Positions 10,701 to 20,777 of a stretch of 64,000 bases of DNA are shown one piece after another. This DNA comes from Acidobacteriota bacterium. GTDB lineage: Bacteria; Acidobacteriota; UBA890; WLXD01. The DNA lies in assembly GCA_965248695.1 (NCBI GenBank), contig CBDFKD010000002.1, positions 3,296,001 through 3,360,000 on the forward strand, read 5' to 3'. The notes beneath the pieces were generated by a model. The model was given only the letters and a program-made list of their open reading frames with translations. It was not told the origin of the DNA and did not search any database. Each line of letters starts with the position of its first letter. The stretch's first letter is position 1. The translations under genes and the position numbers were made by a program.

Positions 10701-10795
10701 CACCGATGTGCTTCTCGGCGGCGGATGCCGACCGGCTGGTAGAGACGCTCGATCGGATCCTCGGGGAGGATGCGCTGACCGCGGCCTGCCGCTAG
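7727..10795 (+). CDS. Fusion: APH/hydroxylysine-kinase-like domain + peptidase M23-like domain + class III PLP aminotransferase/phospho-lyase
   Basis: [27 protein letters not shown] (phosphotransferase); HLGIDLF, LYGHL, PPHLHFQ (M23); [43 protein letters not shown] (class III aminotransferase). Confidence 0.92.
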   Translation: MSTPVRCPRFDTDQASDLARHYFGLEATASELSSERDQNFLLRSEEGNRHVLKLFNALEQSDVLDLQTAILRRLAAHPCEYRFPELVPGADGRDLIEVEANGKTYPAWLLTWVDGVLMASARPRSRRLARELGDLLGHVTSALDGLEHAAADRSLKWNFMHARHAFEVGLPLLRDDDTRQRVERLSSRFQEHVDPVLPGLRSSVIHNDGNDRNIIVGPLRGNAAWPQRHVVGLIDVGDALQGPTVGELAVGLAYAMLDRDDPMEIARDVVGAYHQVFPLLEAEVDVLFDLVLMRLSLSVCNAAEQHAADPDNDYLQVSQRAVLAALSQLETIDRGLATCHLRHACGWEPSAAGAELRRWLRARPGSFAAVVAPGSEPAAIEVLDLSVGSTDMGGGAPGMFEAAALTHRLCAVLRNAGATLGVGSYDETRCWYGGGLFAAPGNEAPRRRTVHLGIDLFAAPGAPIHAPLAGTVASATINPGRLDYGPTIVLLHEPEDGRPFHTLYGHLSPDSLIGLETGSTVEKGARIGAIGNFPDNGDWPPHLHFQVIADPVGLEGDFPGVSTPAERDIFKSLSPDPDLILGLLEQPELSQPAHTELLARRKTHLGPSLSIAYRRPLTMVRGAGQFLYDIDGQPFLDAVNNVPHVGHAHPRVVAAARRQDAVLNTNTRYLHDNVVRYAERLTATLPDPLEVYFFVCSGSEANELAIRMARAHTGQRDVVTLDGAYHGNTSSLVDLSPYKHAGPGGSGPPPWVHVACMPDPYRGPHAGDEDGAVRYAEDVARCCERAAGLAAFIAEPLLGCGGQIVPPEGYLALAFDHVRSAGGVCIADEVQIGFGRAGSHFWAFDAMGAVPDIVTLGKPIGNGYPLAAVVATRAVADSFSNGMEYFNTFGGNPVACAVGTAVLDVIEEEDLQSNAHVVGARLLAGLRELLPRHDLIGDVRGLGLYVGIELVLDRVTLEPAANEASYAINRMRDHGILMSTDGPLQNVLKIKPPMCFSAADADRLVETLDRILGEDALTAACR

Positions 10796-10867
10796 CCCGG
10801 CGATACGCGGTGACCGACAATACGAACGTCGCGCTCGTATCGCTCTTGAATCAACCTGGAGACACCT

Positions 10868-11638
10868 GTGACCGATCAGGGACGCTTCATCTGGCACGAG
10901 CTCATGTCCACCGATCCCGCCGGGTCGATCGACTTCTACACCAAGCTCGTCGGGTGGCGCCACCACCGATATCCGGGCGACATGAACTACGACCTGTTCA
11001 TGCTCGGGGAGCACCCGGTGGCCGGCTGTATGCAGCTTCCCGAAGAGGCTCGGGAGCAGGGTGCACCAACGCACTGGCTCGGCTACATCCACGCCGTCGA
11101 CATTGCCGCCACGGTCATCCAGGCACGAGAGCTGGGCGCCAGTATCCTGCACGAGTCGGAGCTACCGGAGATCGGGACGTTCGCCGTCCTCATGGACCCG
11201 CAGGGCGCCGTGGTGACCTTCTACCAGCCGCTGAGCGCGCCGCAGCCCGGCGGCGATGCCGAGACCGGCGAGTTCGCCTGGAACGAGCTCGCGACCACCG
11301 ACCTGGATGCCGCCTGGAGCTTCTACTCGGCGCTGTTCGGCTGGCAGATCGGCAGCGACATGGACTTGGGCGAGGGGCTCGGCACGTATCGCATCTTCAG
11401 CGTCGACGGGCGAAACATCGGTGGAATTTGGAAGAAACCCGAGCAGATGCCGGTGTCCGCGTGGCTCTACTACGCCGAGGTCGACAGCTGCGAGAGCGCG
11501 GCCACTCGAATCGGCGAGCTCGGTGGAACGGTCATCAACGGGCCGATGGAGGTTCCTGGCGGCGACACGATCGTGCAGGCGACCGACCCGCAGGGCGGCT
11601 TCTTCGCGCTCCACGCTAGGTCGGCAGCGGCGGGTTAG
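10868..11638 (+). CDS. VOC/glyoxalase family protein (two tandem domains)
   Basis: GRFIWHELMSTD...FYTKLVGW and GEFAWNELATTD...FYSALFGW; DPQGA/DPQGG closing motifs. Confidence 0.9.
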   Translation: MTDQGRFIWHELMSTDPAGSIDFYTKLVGWRHHRYPGDMNYDLFMLGEHPVAGCMQLPEEAREQGAPTHWLGYIHAVDIAATVIQARELGASILHESELPEIGTFAVLMDPQGAVVTFYQPLSAPQPGGDAETGEFAWNELATTDLDAAWSFYSALFGWQIGSDMDLGEGLGTYRIFSVDGRNIGGIWKKPEQMPVSAWLYYAEVDSCESAATRIGELGGTVINGPMEVPGGDTIVQATDPQGGFFALHARSAAAG

Positions 11639-11731
11639 GGCCACGGCGACAGGACAAGACAACCGACGCCGACACTGGCCACTCGCAACGCAGTCATATC
11701 GCCGCACGCCGGCAAACGAGATACTGGTGGT

Positions 11732-13129
11732 ATGAGCTTCCCAGGGGTGGGGCACCGACGCCTCCAATGGACTGTCAACCTGGCGCTCGCCGCGCTGGCG
11801 GTGCTCGTGCCCGCCGCCGGCGGGGCAGGGGCCACCGCACCGCCGGCGATTGCTGCCACGATCTACCACATTCAGATCGTCACCGACCTCGAGTCGCTGC
11901 CGGCCGAATACTGGCACTCTGCGTATGCCAGCGACACGAACCCACTCATCGAGAGCCGCGCCGAGCCAACGGCCGGCCAGCTGGCCAGGCTGCGCACGGC
12001 GATCGATCGATTGCCGCCGCTCCTGCGCGGGTCGATCTCGAAGATCTCCATCGCCAGCTATGCTGGCGGCGGCGCGGCCGGTGACAGCACCGTTGCCGGC
12101 GATACTTACGGCAACAACATCATCGTCAGCGCTACCCAGGTCGCGAGCCAGACGAATCTGAACAATGTCGTGGCGCACGAGGCGGTGCACTGTTTCCAGG
12201 GGCTCGTCGACCTGGCTCACAACACCGACACCGGCAACATTCCCGCCGACACGCTCACGAAGGTGAGCTCGGCACGGGGCAAGCTCCGCAACAGCACCAT
12301 CGCGCAGGTTCTCCGGCGCTTGCAGAACAGCGCCAAGATCGCCGATTCTGTGTACCGTGAGTACGCTGGTGACGCCTGGGCCTCGACATATAGCGGCGTG
12401 GGTGACGCCGTGACCTCGGGGTTCGCGGCACCTTACGGCTCCGAAGGCCCGCGCGAGGACCTGGCGGAGCTGGGTAGCATCTTCGTCGGTTCAGACTTCG
12501 CCAACCACGCCTACTGCTCGCAGTTCGAGGGCTACGACAAGGAGATTCCGGACCAGCGTGCCCTGGCGATCGCCAAGCTGAACCTGCTCCGCGCACTCGG
12601 CCTGATCGACGAGGGGCAATACGGACAGTGCGTGCGCAATGCGGATCCGGTGGACGCCCAACTCATATCCATGGGGTCGCGCGAGTTCGACGGCGACCTG
12701 GGCCATGGAACCCAGACCGTCCGGCACGAGGACCTGGATCACGACTGGCTGATGTGGCGGATCCACGGCGAGGCTGCGGACGCCAAGATCGAGATCCGCC
12801 TGCGCATGCGCCGTGCCGACGCGCCGTCGATCGGATCACCGATTGGATTCTATGCGCTCGACACCGTGGGTTCGTTCGGTATGGCCGCCGACACCCTTAC
12901 CCCGATCGCGGCGCAGAACGTGATCAACTTTCAGCGCAGCGATACATCCAATCCGACCGAGTTCGCCGCCTACGCGAGAATCTCCGGCGGCGGGTACGTG
13001 CTGATCACCGATTTCAGCGCCGACATGGTCAAGGGCTACGCGTTCAACGTGCCCTTCTATTCGATCATCGAGATCGAGGCGGATGCCACCGACCGGATGG
13101 ATCTGATCTGGTTCCTCTGGGAGCGATAG
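11732..13129 (+). CDS. Secreted putative zinc metallopeptidase
   Basis: Signal-like N-terminus; VVAHEAVH (HExxH) and downstream GFAAPYG...EDLAE third-ligand motif. Confidence 0.65.
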   Translation: MSFPGVGHRRLQWTVNLALAALAVLVPAAGGAGATAPPAIAATIYHIQIVTDLESLPAEYWHSAYASDTNPLIESRAEPTAGQLARLRTAIDRLPPLLRGSISKISIASYAGGGAAGDSTVAGDTYGNNIIVSATQVASQTNLNNVVAHEAVHCFQGLVDLAHNTDTGNIPADTLTKVSSARGKLRNSTIAQVLRRLQNSAKIADSVYREYAGDAWASTYSGVGDAVTSGFAAPYGSEGPREDLAELGSIFVGSDFANHAYCSQFEGYDKEIPDQRALAIAKLNLLRALGLIDEGQYGQCVRNADPVDAQLISMGSREFDGDLGHGTQTVRHEDLDHDWLMWRIHGEAADAKIEIRLRMRRADAPSIGSPIGFYALDTVGSFGMAADTLTPIAAQNVINFQRSDTSNPTEFAAYARISGGGYVLITDFSADMVKGYAFNVPFYSIIEIEADATDRMDLIWFLWER

Positions 13130-13138
13130 CGCCGGCCA

Positions 13139-13831
13139 TCATTGTTCGCCCAGCAAGCGGGGCAGGTGCTTCGAAGCTTCACGGATCGTGAGTCCGGACA
13201 GCTCGTCGCCGTAGCGGGTCAGGAAGTCCTGCACCGCGCGCGGATCCGTGTAGGCATACGTTCGGAGCGCCCAGCCGATCGCCTTACGAATGAAGAAGTC
13301 GGTTTCGTGGCGACACTCGGCACAATACCGGAACAGCCGTCGCACGTCGGTGGCCTCGCGGTGGCGCTCCTGACAGATGATGGCGGTGCGACGAATCCAC
13401 AGGTCGCCGTCGGAGATCCAGGCATCGATGGTCGGCCACATCACCTCCGGGCAATCGGCCACACAACCGCCCACGAGATGCGTGGCGACGCTGTCGACCA
13501 GATCCCACCAGGCGCCGTCGCGGATGAAGTGCTCGTAGGTCGGCAGCGCGGCGGGCACGATGAAGCGCTTGAAGCGGCGCGCCAGATCGATCGCCGCGTA
13601 CTTGCACTCGCGCTGCGGTTGGTCCCACAGCTCGCGCAGCGCCGCTTCGTACGATTCGAGATCGGTCACCGGATAGTCGCGCGCCGCCTGCGCCGTCACT
13701 GCCCTCCGCGGCTTCGTCTGAACCCCGAAGAATGGCATGTCGGTCTTCATGTAGGCCTGCATCTGGCGCGCCTTGGCGTCGTCGGCAAGAGCCGCCAGCT
13801 GCGCCAGCACGAACCGGGTGCGGGGGATCAC
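13139..13831 (-). CDS. alkD: DNA alkylation repair protein (AlkD-like HEAT-repeat glycosylase)
   Basis: MQAYMK, RECKYAA, WWDLVD, LWIRR, FFIRKAIGWALR, LSGLTIREASK. Confidence 0.85.
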   Translation of the reverse strand: MIPRTRFVLAQLAALADDAKARQMQAYMKTDMPFFGVQTKPRRAVTAQAARDYPVTDLESYEAALRELWDQPQRECKYAAIDLARRFKRFIVPAALPTYEHFIRDGAWWDLVDSVATHLVGGCVADCPEVMWPTIDAWISDGDLWIRRTAIICQERHREATDVRRLFRYCAECRHETDFFIRKAIGWALRTYAYTDPRAVQDFLTRYGDELSGLTIREASKHLPRLLGEQ

Positions 13832-13835
13832 GCCG

Positions 13836-14522
13836 CTATCCGTCCGTAGCCGGCGCCAACGCCTCGACGAACTGCTGGAATACGGCCCCGTCGCGAAGCA
13901 CCGGCCCGTGGCCGAAGCAAATTGTCTCCGGCCCGAGCACGGCGAGCTTGCGCAGCGAGGCGCGATTACGCTCGGGATCAGGGGTGAACATCGCCGGCGG
14001 CTCCCGCAACCGGCGCCGCAGCGTGAACGGATTCATCGCCAGCGCCGCGTCTCCGATCACCAGTAGACGATCCGTCGGGCGCCAGAACGACAGGTGGCCC
14101 GGCGTGTGCCCGGGCGTGTGCAATACAGTGAAGTCACCCAACCGCTCACCCTCCTCCAGGGTCCGGTCGACCGGATGGCCGGGGCCGCCGGCAAGCCTCG
14201 TTTGCACCCGACCCATGCGCCCTTCCGGGTCCGGATACAGGAGCTGCAACTCGCCGGACTCAGCCACCGCCCGATCTCCGGTACCGCACCAGAGCGGTAT
14301 GTTCAGTCGCCCGCAGATCTTGTGACTGCTCCCCTGATGGTCAGGATGAGCATGGGTCAGCGCGTGGGCGCGTACTTGGCGTCTCTCGAGCGCACCCAGA
14401 ATTCTGCCGGCTGACCAGCGGACACCGGCATCGACGAGAACGTCGTCGAGCAGATAGCAATTCAGACTCGACAGCGGCGCCAGTGGTACGCGGATCACGC
14501 CCTCCGCCACCCGCTCGATCAT
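13836..14522 (-). CDS. MBL-fold metallo-hydrolase
   Basis: LVDAG, THAHPDHQG (HxHxDH), TPGHTPGH, GDA, FGHG; start re-picked at MIERVAEG. Confidence 0.88.
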   Translation of the reverse strand: MIERVAEGVIRVPLAPLSSLNCYLLDDVLVDAGVRWSAGRILGALERRQVRAHALTHAHPDHQGSSHKICGRLNIPLWCGTGDRAVAESGELQLLYPDPEGRMGRVQTRLAGGPGHPVDRTLEEGERLGDFTVLHTPGHTPGHLSFWRPTDRLLVIGDAALAMNPFTLRRRLREPPAMFTPDPERNRASLRKLAVLGPETICFGHGPVLRDGAVFQQFVEALAPATDG

Positions 14523-14580
14523 TGGCTGGCGATCAGGCGGCCTGGCGCGAGGGCCCATGTGTGTCGGCACGACATACGGC

Positions 14581-15333
14581 TCACAGTGCCGTCAACAGCT
14601 CGACGCCGTCACGGGTCACCACCACCGTGTGCTCGTATTGCGCCGCCAGGCTGCCGTCGTTGGTCCGCAGCGTCCATCCGTCGTCGCTCTCGAGCGCTCG
14701 GTCGGCCGACGTCGACAGGAAGGGCTCGATGGTGAGTACGAGGCCGTCGCTGAACCGGCGCCGATCGCGCGGATCGTAATAGTTGAGCAGCGTCCGCGGG
14801 TCCTCGTGCAGGCTGCGCCCGACCCCGTGTCCACAGAGATTGCGGATCACGCGGAAGCCGCGCCGACGGGCCACCTTCTCGACCGCGCGGCCGACGCCGT
14901 TGACGAGCTTGCCGGGACGCACGACGCTGAGAGCCGCGCTTAACGCCTCCTGCGCCGCGTCACAGAGCTCCTGCGCCTCGGGAGCGACAGCGCCTACCGG
15001 AAACGAAGCGCCGGCGTCGGCATAGTAGCCGTCGAGCTCGGCCGACACGTCGATGTTGACCAGATCGCCATCGCGCACCTCGCGATCGCCTGGGATGCCA
15101 TGCGCCGCCTCGTCGTTGACGCTGATGCAGGTGGCCGCTGGAAAACCGTATGCCAACTCGGGGGCGGATCGGGCGCCAGCCGCGGCCAACTCGGCGCGCC
15201 CAAGATCATCGAGCTCGCGCGTGGTGATTCCGGCGCGCAGCTGACGGCGCTGCGCTTCGATGGTGAGCGCAACGGCGCGCCCGACAGCCCGCATGCCGTC
15301 CAGATCGACGCCAACCGGCAGCTTCACGACCAT
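14581..15333 (-). CDS. map: Type I methionine aminopeptidase
   Basis: CISVNDEAAHGIP, VNIDVS, GYYAD, CGHGVG..LHEDP, TIEPF, AQYEHT; AGGAGG RBS before ATG 15333. Confidence 0.93.
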   Translation of the reverse strand: MVVKLPVGVDLDGMRAVGRAVALTIEAQRRQLRAGITTRELDDLGRAELAAAGARSAPELAYGFPAATCISVNDEAAHGIPGDREVRDGDLVNIDVSAELDGYYADAGASFPVGAVAPEAQELCDAAQEALSAALSVVRPGKLVNGVGRAVEKVARRRGFRVIRNLCGHGVGRSLHEDPRTLLNYYDPRDRRRFSDGLVLTIEPFLSTSADRALESDDGWTLRTNDGSLAAQYEHTVVVTRDGVELLTAL

Positions 15334-15385
15334 TCGAACCGCCTCCTGCTGCGACAGCGGACGCGCTCCTCCGACCCGCTTCTCA

Positions 15386-17065
15386 CTAGCGCTCCGGTAT
15401 CTCCTCGCCGAGCAGCTCGGCACGTATGAGCGCCGGCGGGATGCCGCCGGCAGACAGAAACGCATCGTACAGCGCCGACGGCGGGTTCGGCGGCCCGTTG
15501 GCGGCCACCCAATCGTCACGCAGCCGCTCGATCTCCTGCATGCCGATCAGGTATCCGAGCACGTACGTCGGCCGACGCGGATACATGCTCACTTCGAGCT
15601 CGGCGGCGCTGCGCTCGAAGCGCACCCGATCCACGAGGAAGCTCACCGCTTCCTGAACGCCCATGCGTCCGGTATGCAGGCTGACGTCGAGGATGACGCG
15701 CGCTGCGCGCCACAAACGGTTCCGCAGGATAGTGAGCTCGACGTCGTCTCCGCTGAGGAAACCGAGCTCGAACATGAGCTTCTCGGTGAACAGCCCCCAC
15801 CCTTCGATCGTTATGGGCTCACCCACCTCGCGCCGCAGAATCCGACCGTTCTCCCGGGCCTTCAACGCGTGTACGTGATGGCCTGGATAGGCCTCGTGGA
15901 CGGCGATGATCGGCGTCCAGGCGTGATGATGCGAGCGCGAACGCTCGAGGCGCTGCTCGGCCGGCAGCCCCGCATCGATCGGCGTCAACACCAGCCGCCC
16001 TTCGAGGTCCTCGCCATACGACCGTACAGTCTGGAACGTTCCGAACGGCGAAGACCTGCGCATGGCCGGCGGGGTGTCCACGGTGATCACGCGCTCGCCG
16101 TCGGGCAACGTGACCGCGCGCTGCTCGAGAACAAACGCCCTGGCGGCGTCCATGTGTGATTGGTACGCCTCCTTGATGGCGTCGAAGGGCGGATGGTCGT
16201 CCTTGATCGCTTCGTAGACATCGATCCAGTGGGCACCGGGCGTGATGCGCTCGGCGACCTCCTGAGCCCGGGCTTCCGTTTCCTCGAATGCCCGTTCGCC
16301 GCGCGCCAGGATCGCGTCGGCATCGTCAGCGAGCAGCCAGCGACGCTGCACAAGGAAGTCGTAGTGCTCTTTGCCGATCGCCCAGTTACCGTCGGAGCGA
16401 CGCAGCACATCGTCGCGCAGATACGTCTCGAAGGTGTCCAAGGCATCGATGGCGTTCTGCAATACCGGCGCCAGCGCGCCCGAACCGTCGAGTGCGGCGA
16501 TTCCCGCGCCCCGCTCACGAAGGGCCGTGACAGTCGCCGAAACCTCGAAGAGCGCCGCCTCGGTAAATCTGCGCGGCGGCCGGCGCAGGTTGACCCGCGC
16601 CGCTTCGACGGCTGCCGGCAGAGCCTCCAATCGCAGTAAGAGGCCTTCGAGGCCACCGTCGAGGTCCTTCGGGTCGGACTCGGCGCCATCCAGCGCCCGC
16701 GCAATCGAGCCCGCCTGAACGTAGATCGTCGGGTCCGTCTCCCAGGCGCGCCGGGCCTCGGCGTCATAGATCGCCGCCTCCAGAGCCCCGACGGCGTAGG
16801 CGCGATCGATCCGCTGTGGACGCGACAGCGCCGCAACATCGATGGCGCGCAGCCGTTCCAGCACCATTCGCTGCGCGGCGATGCGAGCGACGAAGCCGGC
16901 GGCGCGCAGATCCCGCGGCGTCAGAGAGTCCGTGCCGCGCAGCTCGAGGTAGTCCTCGAGGAGGATCTCCAGTCGCTCACCGTCTTGGAGCATCGGCGCG
17001 CCACAGGCGCTGCAGAGGACGACTGCGAGCGCAATCGCAGTGAGCCTACCTCCGCCCACCACCAC
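15386..17065 (-). CDS. DUF885 family protein (probable lipoprotein, metallopeptidase-like)
   Basis: HEAYPGHH, EGWGLFTE, LWRAARVILDVSLH, YLIG motifs; lipobox-like LCSAC; GTG start chosen at 17065 (approximate). Confidence 0.85.
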   Translation of the reverse strand: MVVGGGRLTAIALAVVLCSACGAPMLQDGERLEILLEDYLELRGTDSLTPRDLRAAGFVARIAAQRMVLERLRAIDVAALSRPQRIDRAYAVGALEAAIYDAEARRAWETDPTIYVQAGSIARALDGAESDPKDLDGGLEGLLLRLEALPAAVEAARVNLRRPPRRFTEAALFEVSATVTALRERGAGIAALDGSGALAPVLQNAIDALDTFETYLRDDVLRRSDGNWAIGKEHYDFLVQRRWLLADDADAILARGERAFEETEARAQEVAERITPGAHWIDVYEAIKDDHPPFDAIKEAYQSHMDAARAFVLEQRAVTLPDGERVITVDTPPAMRRSSPFGTFQTVRSYGEDLEGRLVLTPIDAGLPAEQRLERSRSHHHAWTPIIAVHEAYPGHHVHALKARENGRILRREVGEPITIEGWGLFTEKLMFELGFLSGDDVELTILRNRLWRAARVILDVSLHTGRMGVQEAVSFLVDRVRFERSAAELEVSMYPRRPTYVLGYLIGMQEIERLRDDWVAANGPPNPPSALYDAFLSAGGIPPALIRAELLGEEIPER

Positions 17066-19733
17066 TTCCTCTGACCGTGACCTTCCCCTCGGCTGTTTCA
17101 GCCGCCGCCGCGACGACGACTGTATAGTCTCCCGGCCCGGCCAGCGGCGGCCCGAAGCGCGGCCGATTGTCGTCAGTCTCGTCCACGGCCAGATCCCACG
17201 TCGCGGCGTTGAGACCCACCTGGCCGGTGCCCTCCAACGTGCGCACGACATCGCCCTCGGCGTCGAGCACAGTGATCTCGACTTCATCGCTCGTCGAAGC
17301 TAGCCAGTAGTGCATCGTGACCCGCGGCCGGCTGCCGCCACCACCGAAGCCGAATCCACGGCGCGCCAGGGTCACGGCCTCGATGTCGAACAGGTGTAGC
17401 GGCTGCTCACGAACTTCGGCGGTCAGTTGCTGGACAGGTCGCAGATCGAGAGCCCACATGCCCCGCCCGTGGGTAGCGACGACGAGCAGATCGTCGCGCG
17501 GGTGGATGATCATGTCCTGTACGAACGTGTGCGGAATGCCGCCCGGTAGGGCATACCACCCGGAGCCGCCGTCGAGGCTGACGTACACGCCCGTATCGGT
17601 GCCAACGTAGAGCATGCCCTCGACGTTCGGGTCCTCCTTGACGACATTGATCGGCCCGCCCGGGATCCCTGCGGCGAGGTCCTGCCACGTAGCCCCGCGG
17701 TCGGTCGACTTCCAGAGATAGGCGGCGAAATCATCGTCGCGCTTACCGTTCTGCGTCATGTAGACGCTATCGACATCGTACTTGGAGGCCACGATCTCGG
17801 CGATCACCTTGCCGCGCGGCAGCTCGCCGGTGATCTCGGCCCAGCCAGACCCCGCCTCGGACGTCCAAACGCGTCCGTCGTCCGTACCGACGTACAGCAG
17901 ACCGAACTGCAACGGCGACTCTGATATCGAATAAATCGTCTGGTACGGGATGTCACCGATCTTGTCGACCTCGTTGTAGGTCAGATCTTCGCTGATGCGT
18001 TCCCAGGACTCACCGCGATTCATCGAGCGGTACAGGAAGTTCATGCCGTGGTAAATGACCCGCGGGTTGTGCGGCGAGATGATGAACGGTGCGATCCATT
18101 GCCCACGGAGTGGCGGCTCGCCTTCCTCCGGCTGCGGCACGAGCTGCTCACGATCCCCCGAGGCAATGTCGGCGCGGAAGATGCTGCCGTAGAAGCCGGC
18201 GGCGTAGACCACGTCAGGGTCGGTGGGGTCGACGACGTGGGTCGATCCTTCGCCTCCCGGCGCATCCTCGAACTCGACCGCCGGAATGTTGTTGCGCCCG
18301 CGACTGAGGTCGACGGTGGCGCGCCGCGAGCCGTGATCCTGGATCGATCCGTACACCCGGAAGGGCTCGTCCATGTCGTGGCCGACGTTGAAGAACTGCA
18401 CCAGCGGCATGTTGTTCTCGAACGTGCGCCAGTTGTCGCCGGCATCGTAGGAGATCGCCAAGCCGCCATCGTTGACGTTGACGAGATAGTCGGGATTGTC
18501 CGGGTCGATCCACAGGCCGTGATGGTCGCCGTGCATCCCCTCGAGACGACGGAACGTGCGCCCGGCGTCATCGGAAACGTTCAACCTCAGCCCCATCACG
18601 TAGATGCGGTCCTCGTCGGCAGGATCGACGCGGATCTGGCCAAACACCCATCCGTAGGTCCCACCGAGTCCCTGCATGTAGTCGTTGTGCTCCGAGGTCT
18701 GCCGCCAGCTCTCACCGCCATCGTCGGAGCGGAAGACGGTGGCGCCGCGGATCACCGGCGCGCGCGGCCGGCCGTAGGCGTCGGTCTCGTCCTCGTCGGG
18801 CATGCGGGCAACTTCGTAGTTGTCTACGAAGGCGTACACCACATCGGGGTTCGACGCCGCGACGTCGATGCCGATGCGTCCGCGGTGGGCAGGAGCGGGC
18901 AGCCCCTCGTTGATCTGTCGCCAGTTGGCCCCGGCGTCGGTGCTCTTCCACACCCCGGACCCGTCGGTGTCGGGGGTGTTGCGCGGATCGTTCCATTTCT
19001 TGCGAACGCGCTCCCAGGTCGAGACGTATAGCGTGTCGGGATCGCCAGGATCTACCGCCAGATCGATGGCACCGGTGCGATCGTTGATGAACAGCACCAG
19101 CTCCCAGGTCGCACCGCCGTCGGTGGTCTTGTAAACGCCGCGTTCCGGGCTATCGGTCCACTCCCGACCCGAGGCCGCGGCATAGACAATGTCCGGGTTG
19201 GTCGGATGGACAACGATGCGCGGCACCGTATTCGTCGCCGCCAGCCCCATGTGCTCCCAGGTGTCGCCACCATCGATGGACTTGTAGACTCCCGCACCCG
19301 CCATCGAGCTACGGAAGATGTTGGCCTCCCCGGTTCCGATCCAGACGATGTTCTGGTCCGACGGCGCGATCGTGACGTCGCCGATCGAAGTCGACACGCC
19401 GTGCTCGAACACCGGCTCCCACGACACGCCCTCGTTACGGCTGCGCCAGACACCGCCCGAAGCGCCCGCCACGAACATCGTGTAGCTCTGCCCGCGCGGC
19501 GTGACCACCGCCACATCGGTCATGCGGCCGCTGACATTCGTGGGCCCGAGAAACTGCCAGCGAAGGCCCTTGAAGAGCGACGCTTCTGCCATCCGGACAT
19601 GCTCGTCATGGGCGGCGAAGCGCGCTTCCGGCGGTGTGGGGCCGGTTGCCTGCTGCCCGGCAGCCGACGGGACAATTGCCAGCGACACTGCCAGGGCGAC
19701 GAGTGAGAGACGATGGCTGGGAGCGATGGTCAC
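17046..19733 (-). CDS. Secreted VPS10/sortilin-like BNR (Asp-box) beta-propeller protein (glycosyl hydrolase-like)
   Basis: GGAG RBS + GTG 19733; signal peptide; LRWQFLGP..SGR; about 10 S/T-x-D-x-G-x-T/S-W repeats; HGDHH; ATHGRG; C-terminal FlgD-like Ig segment. Confidence 0.88.
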   Translation of the reverse strand: MTIAPSHRLSLVALAVSLAIVPSAAGQQATGPTPPEARFAAHDEHVRMAEASLFKGLRWQFLGPTNVSGRMTDVAVVTPRGQSYTMFVAGASGGVWRSRNEGVSWEPVFEHGVSTSIGDVTIAPSDQNIVWIGTGEANIFRSSMAGAGVYKSIDGGDTWEHMGLAATNTVPRIVVHPTNPDIVYAAASGREWTDSPERGVYKTTDGGATWELVLFINDRTGAIDLAVDPGDPDTLYVSTWERVRKKWNDPRNTPDTDGSGVWKSTDAGANWRQINEGLPAPAHRGRIGIDVAASNPDVVYAFVDNYEVARMPDEDETDAYGRPRAPVIRGATVFRSDDGGESWRQTSEHNDYMQGLGGTYGWVFGQIRVDPADEDRIYVMGLRLNVSDDAGRTFRRLEGMHGDHHGLWIDPDNPDYLVNVNDGGLAISYDAGDNWRTFENNMPLVQFFNVGHDMDEPFRVYGSIQDHGSRRATVDLSRGRNNIPAVEFEDAPGGEGSTHVVDPTDPDVVYAAGFYGSIFRADIASGDREQLVPQPEEGEPPLRGQWIAPFIISPHNPRVIYHGMNFLYRSMNRGESWERISEDLTYNEVDKIGDIPYQTIYSISESPLQFGLLYVGTDDGRVWTSEAGSGWAEITGELPRGKVIAEIVASKYDVDSVYMTQNGKRDDDFAAYLWKSTDRGATWQDLAAGIPGGPINVVKEDPNVEGMLYVGTDTGVYVSLDGGSGWYALPGGIPHTFVQDMIIHPRDDLLVVATHGRGMWALDLRPVQQLTAEVREQPLHLFDIEAVTLARRGFGFGGGGSRPRVTMHYWLASTSDEVEITVLDAEGDVVRTLEGTGQVGLNAATWDLAVDETDDNRPRFGPPLAGPGDYTVVVAAAAETAEGKVTVRGSGGGRR

Positions 19734-19774
19734 GGCGATTTCTCCGAATTGGTGGTCCCGTTCAGAAGCCCTGC

Positions 19775-20608
19775 CTAGCGAGGACTCGGTGGGCGTGCGG
19801 CGTTCCATTGCTGCAGCACCCAGCTGACGCCCTGCTGCAAGGCCGGCACGTAGCCGGCCGACTGGTAGTGCCCGATACCCTCCAGCGGAAGGAACCGGAC
19901 GGGGGCGCCGCGATCGGCAAGCGACGAGACTGCGGCCTCGGCTCGCGCGAACGGGATCAGCTCGTCGTCGCGACTGTTGACGACGAACAGCGGCACTCGC
20001 ATCAGGCCATCGAGCCACGGCGCCGAACCTTCTGTCACGGCGGCGAGGAATGCGTCCGGGTCGGCGCGTGATCTGCCCTCATGATCGACGACCGGCACGG
20101 AGGCGATCGCGATCGCGGCATCGAACACTTCAGGATGGTTGGCGGCGAAGAACCAGGTACCCATACCACCCAGACTGAATCCCGTCACCAGGATGCGGTC
20201 GGCATCGATCGGATAGTCGCGCAGCAGGGTGTCGATCAGATCCAGCACAGCGGCTTCGCTGCGTGGGTGATTCCACGATCCCTCGGGACAGTTCGGGGCA
20301 ACGAGAATCGCCCGCATCGAGCTCACCCCCGACTCTACCAAGATTCGCATGAAGTCGCGCCCGAGCCGCTTCGGCTGCTCCCCCCGCCAGCCGTAGTGGA
20401 GTCCCACAATCAGCGGCAGTGACTCGTTCGCTCCAACGTCCGCCGGCGCCGCGACGGCGTAGTGCAACTCGGTGCCGTCGGCGAGCGCCAGATCTAGCTC
20501 TTGAATCGCGACACGCTGGAGCACGACAGATCTCGCTGCGAGGCTGAGAGACGACACGGCGGCGAGCAACACCAGCGCGAACGTCAGTTTGGCAGATGCT
20601 GCACGCAT
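19775..20608 (-). CDS. Secreted alpha/beta hydrolase (predicted peptidase/esterase)
   Basis: Signal peptide from ATG 20608; PLIVGLH, IDADRILVTGFSLGG (GxSxG), DDELIP, GIGH triad residues. Confidence 0.85.
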   Translation of the reverse strand: MRAASAKLTFALVLLAAVSSLSLAARSVVLQRVAIQELDLALADGTELHYAVAAPADVGANESLPLIVGLHYGWRGEQPKRLGRDFMRILVESGVSSMRAILVAPNCPEGSWNHPRSEAAVLDLIDTLLRDYPIDADRILVTGFSLGGMGTWFFAANHPEVFDAAIAIASVPVVDHEGRSRADPDAFLAAVTEGSAPWLDGLMRVPLFVVNSRDDELIPFARAEAAVSSLADRGAPVRFLPLEGIGHYQSAGYVPALQQGVSWVLQQWNAARPPSPR

Positions 20609-20777
20609 ACCGAGCCTCGGGCAGGAATCGCTCGGCGGAGTTTCGCACGGCGGGGCGGCACGCGATATCCCGTCCGCGGCGTACCGAATCAACGCTCCGG
20701 TTCCGCAGCGGGGCTCCTCCGGACGGTAGGATGCGTCTGGCTGGAGCCGACCGAACTCAACCGACCGGAGCACGACC

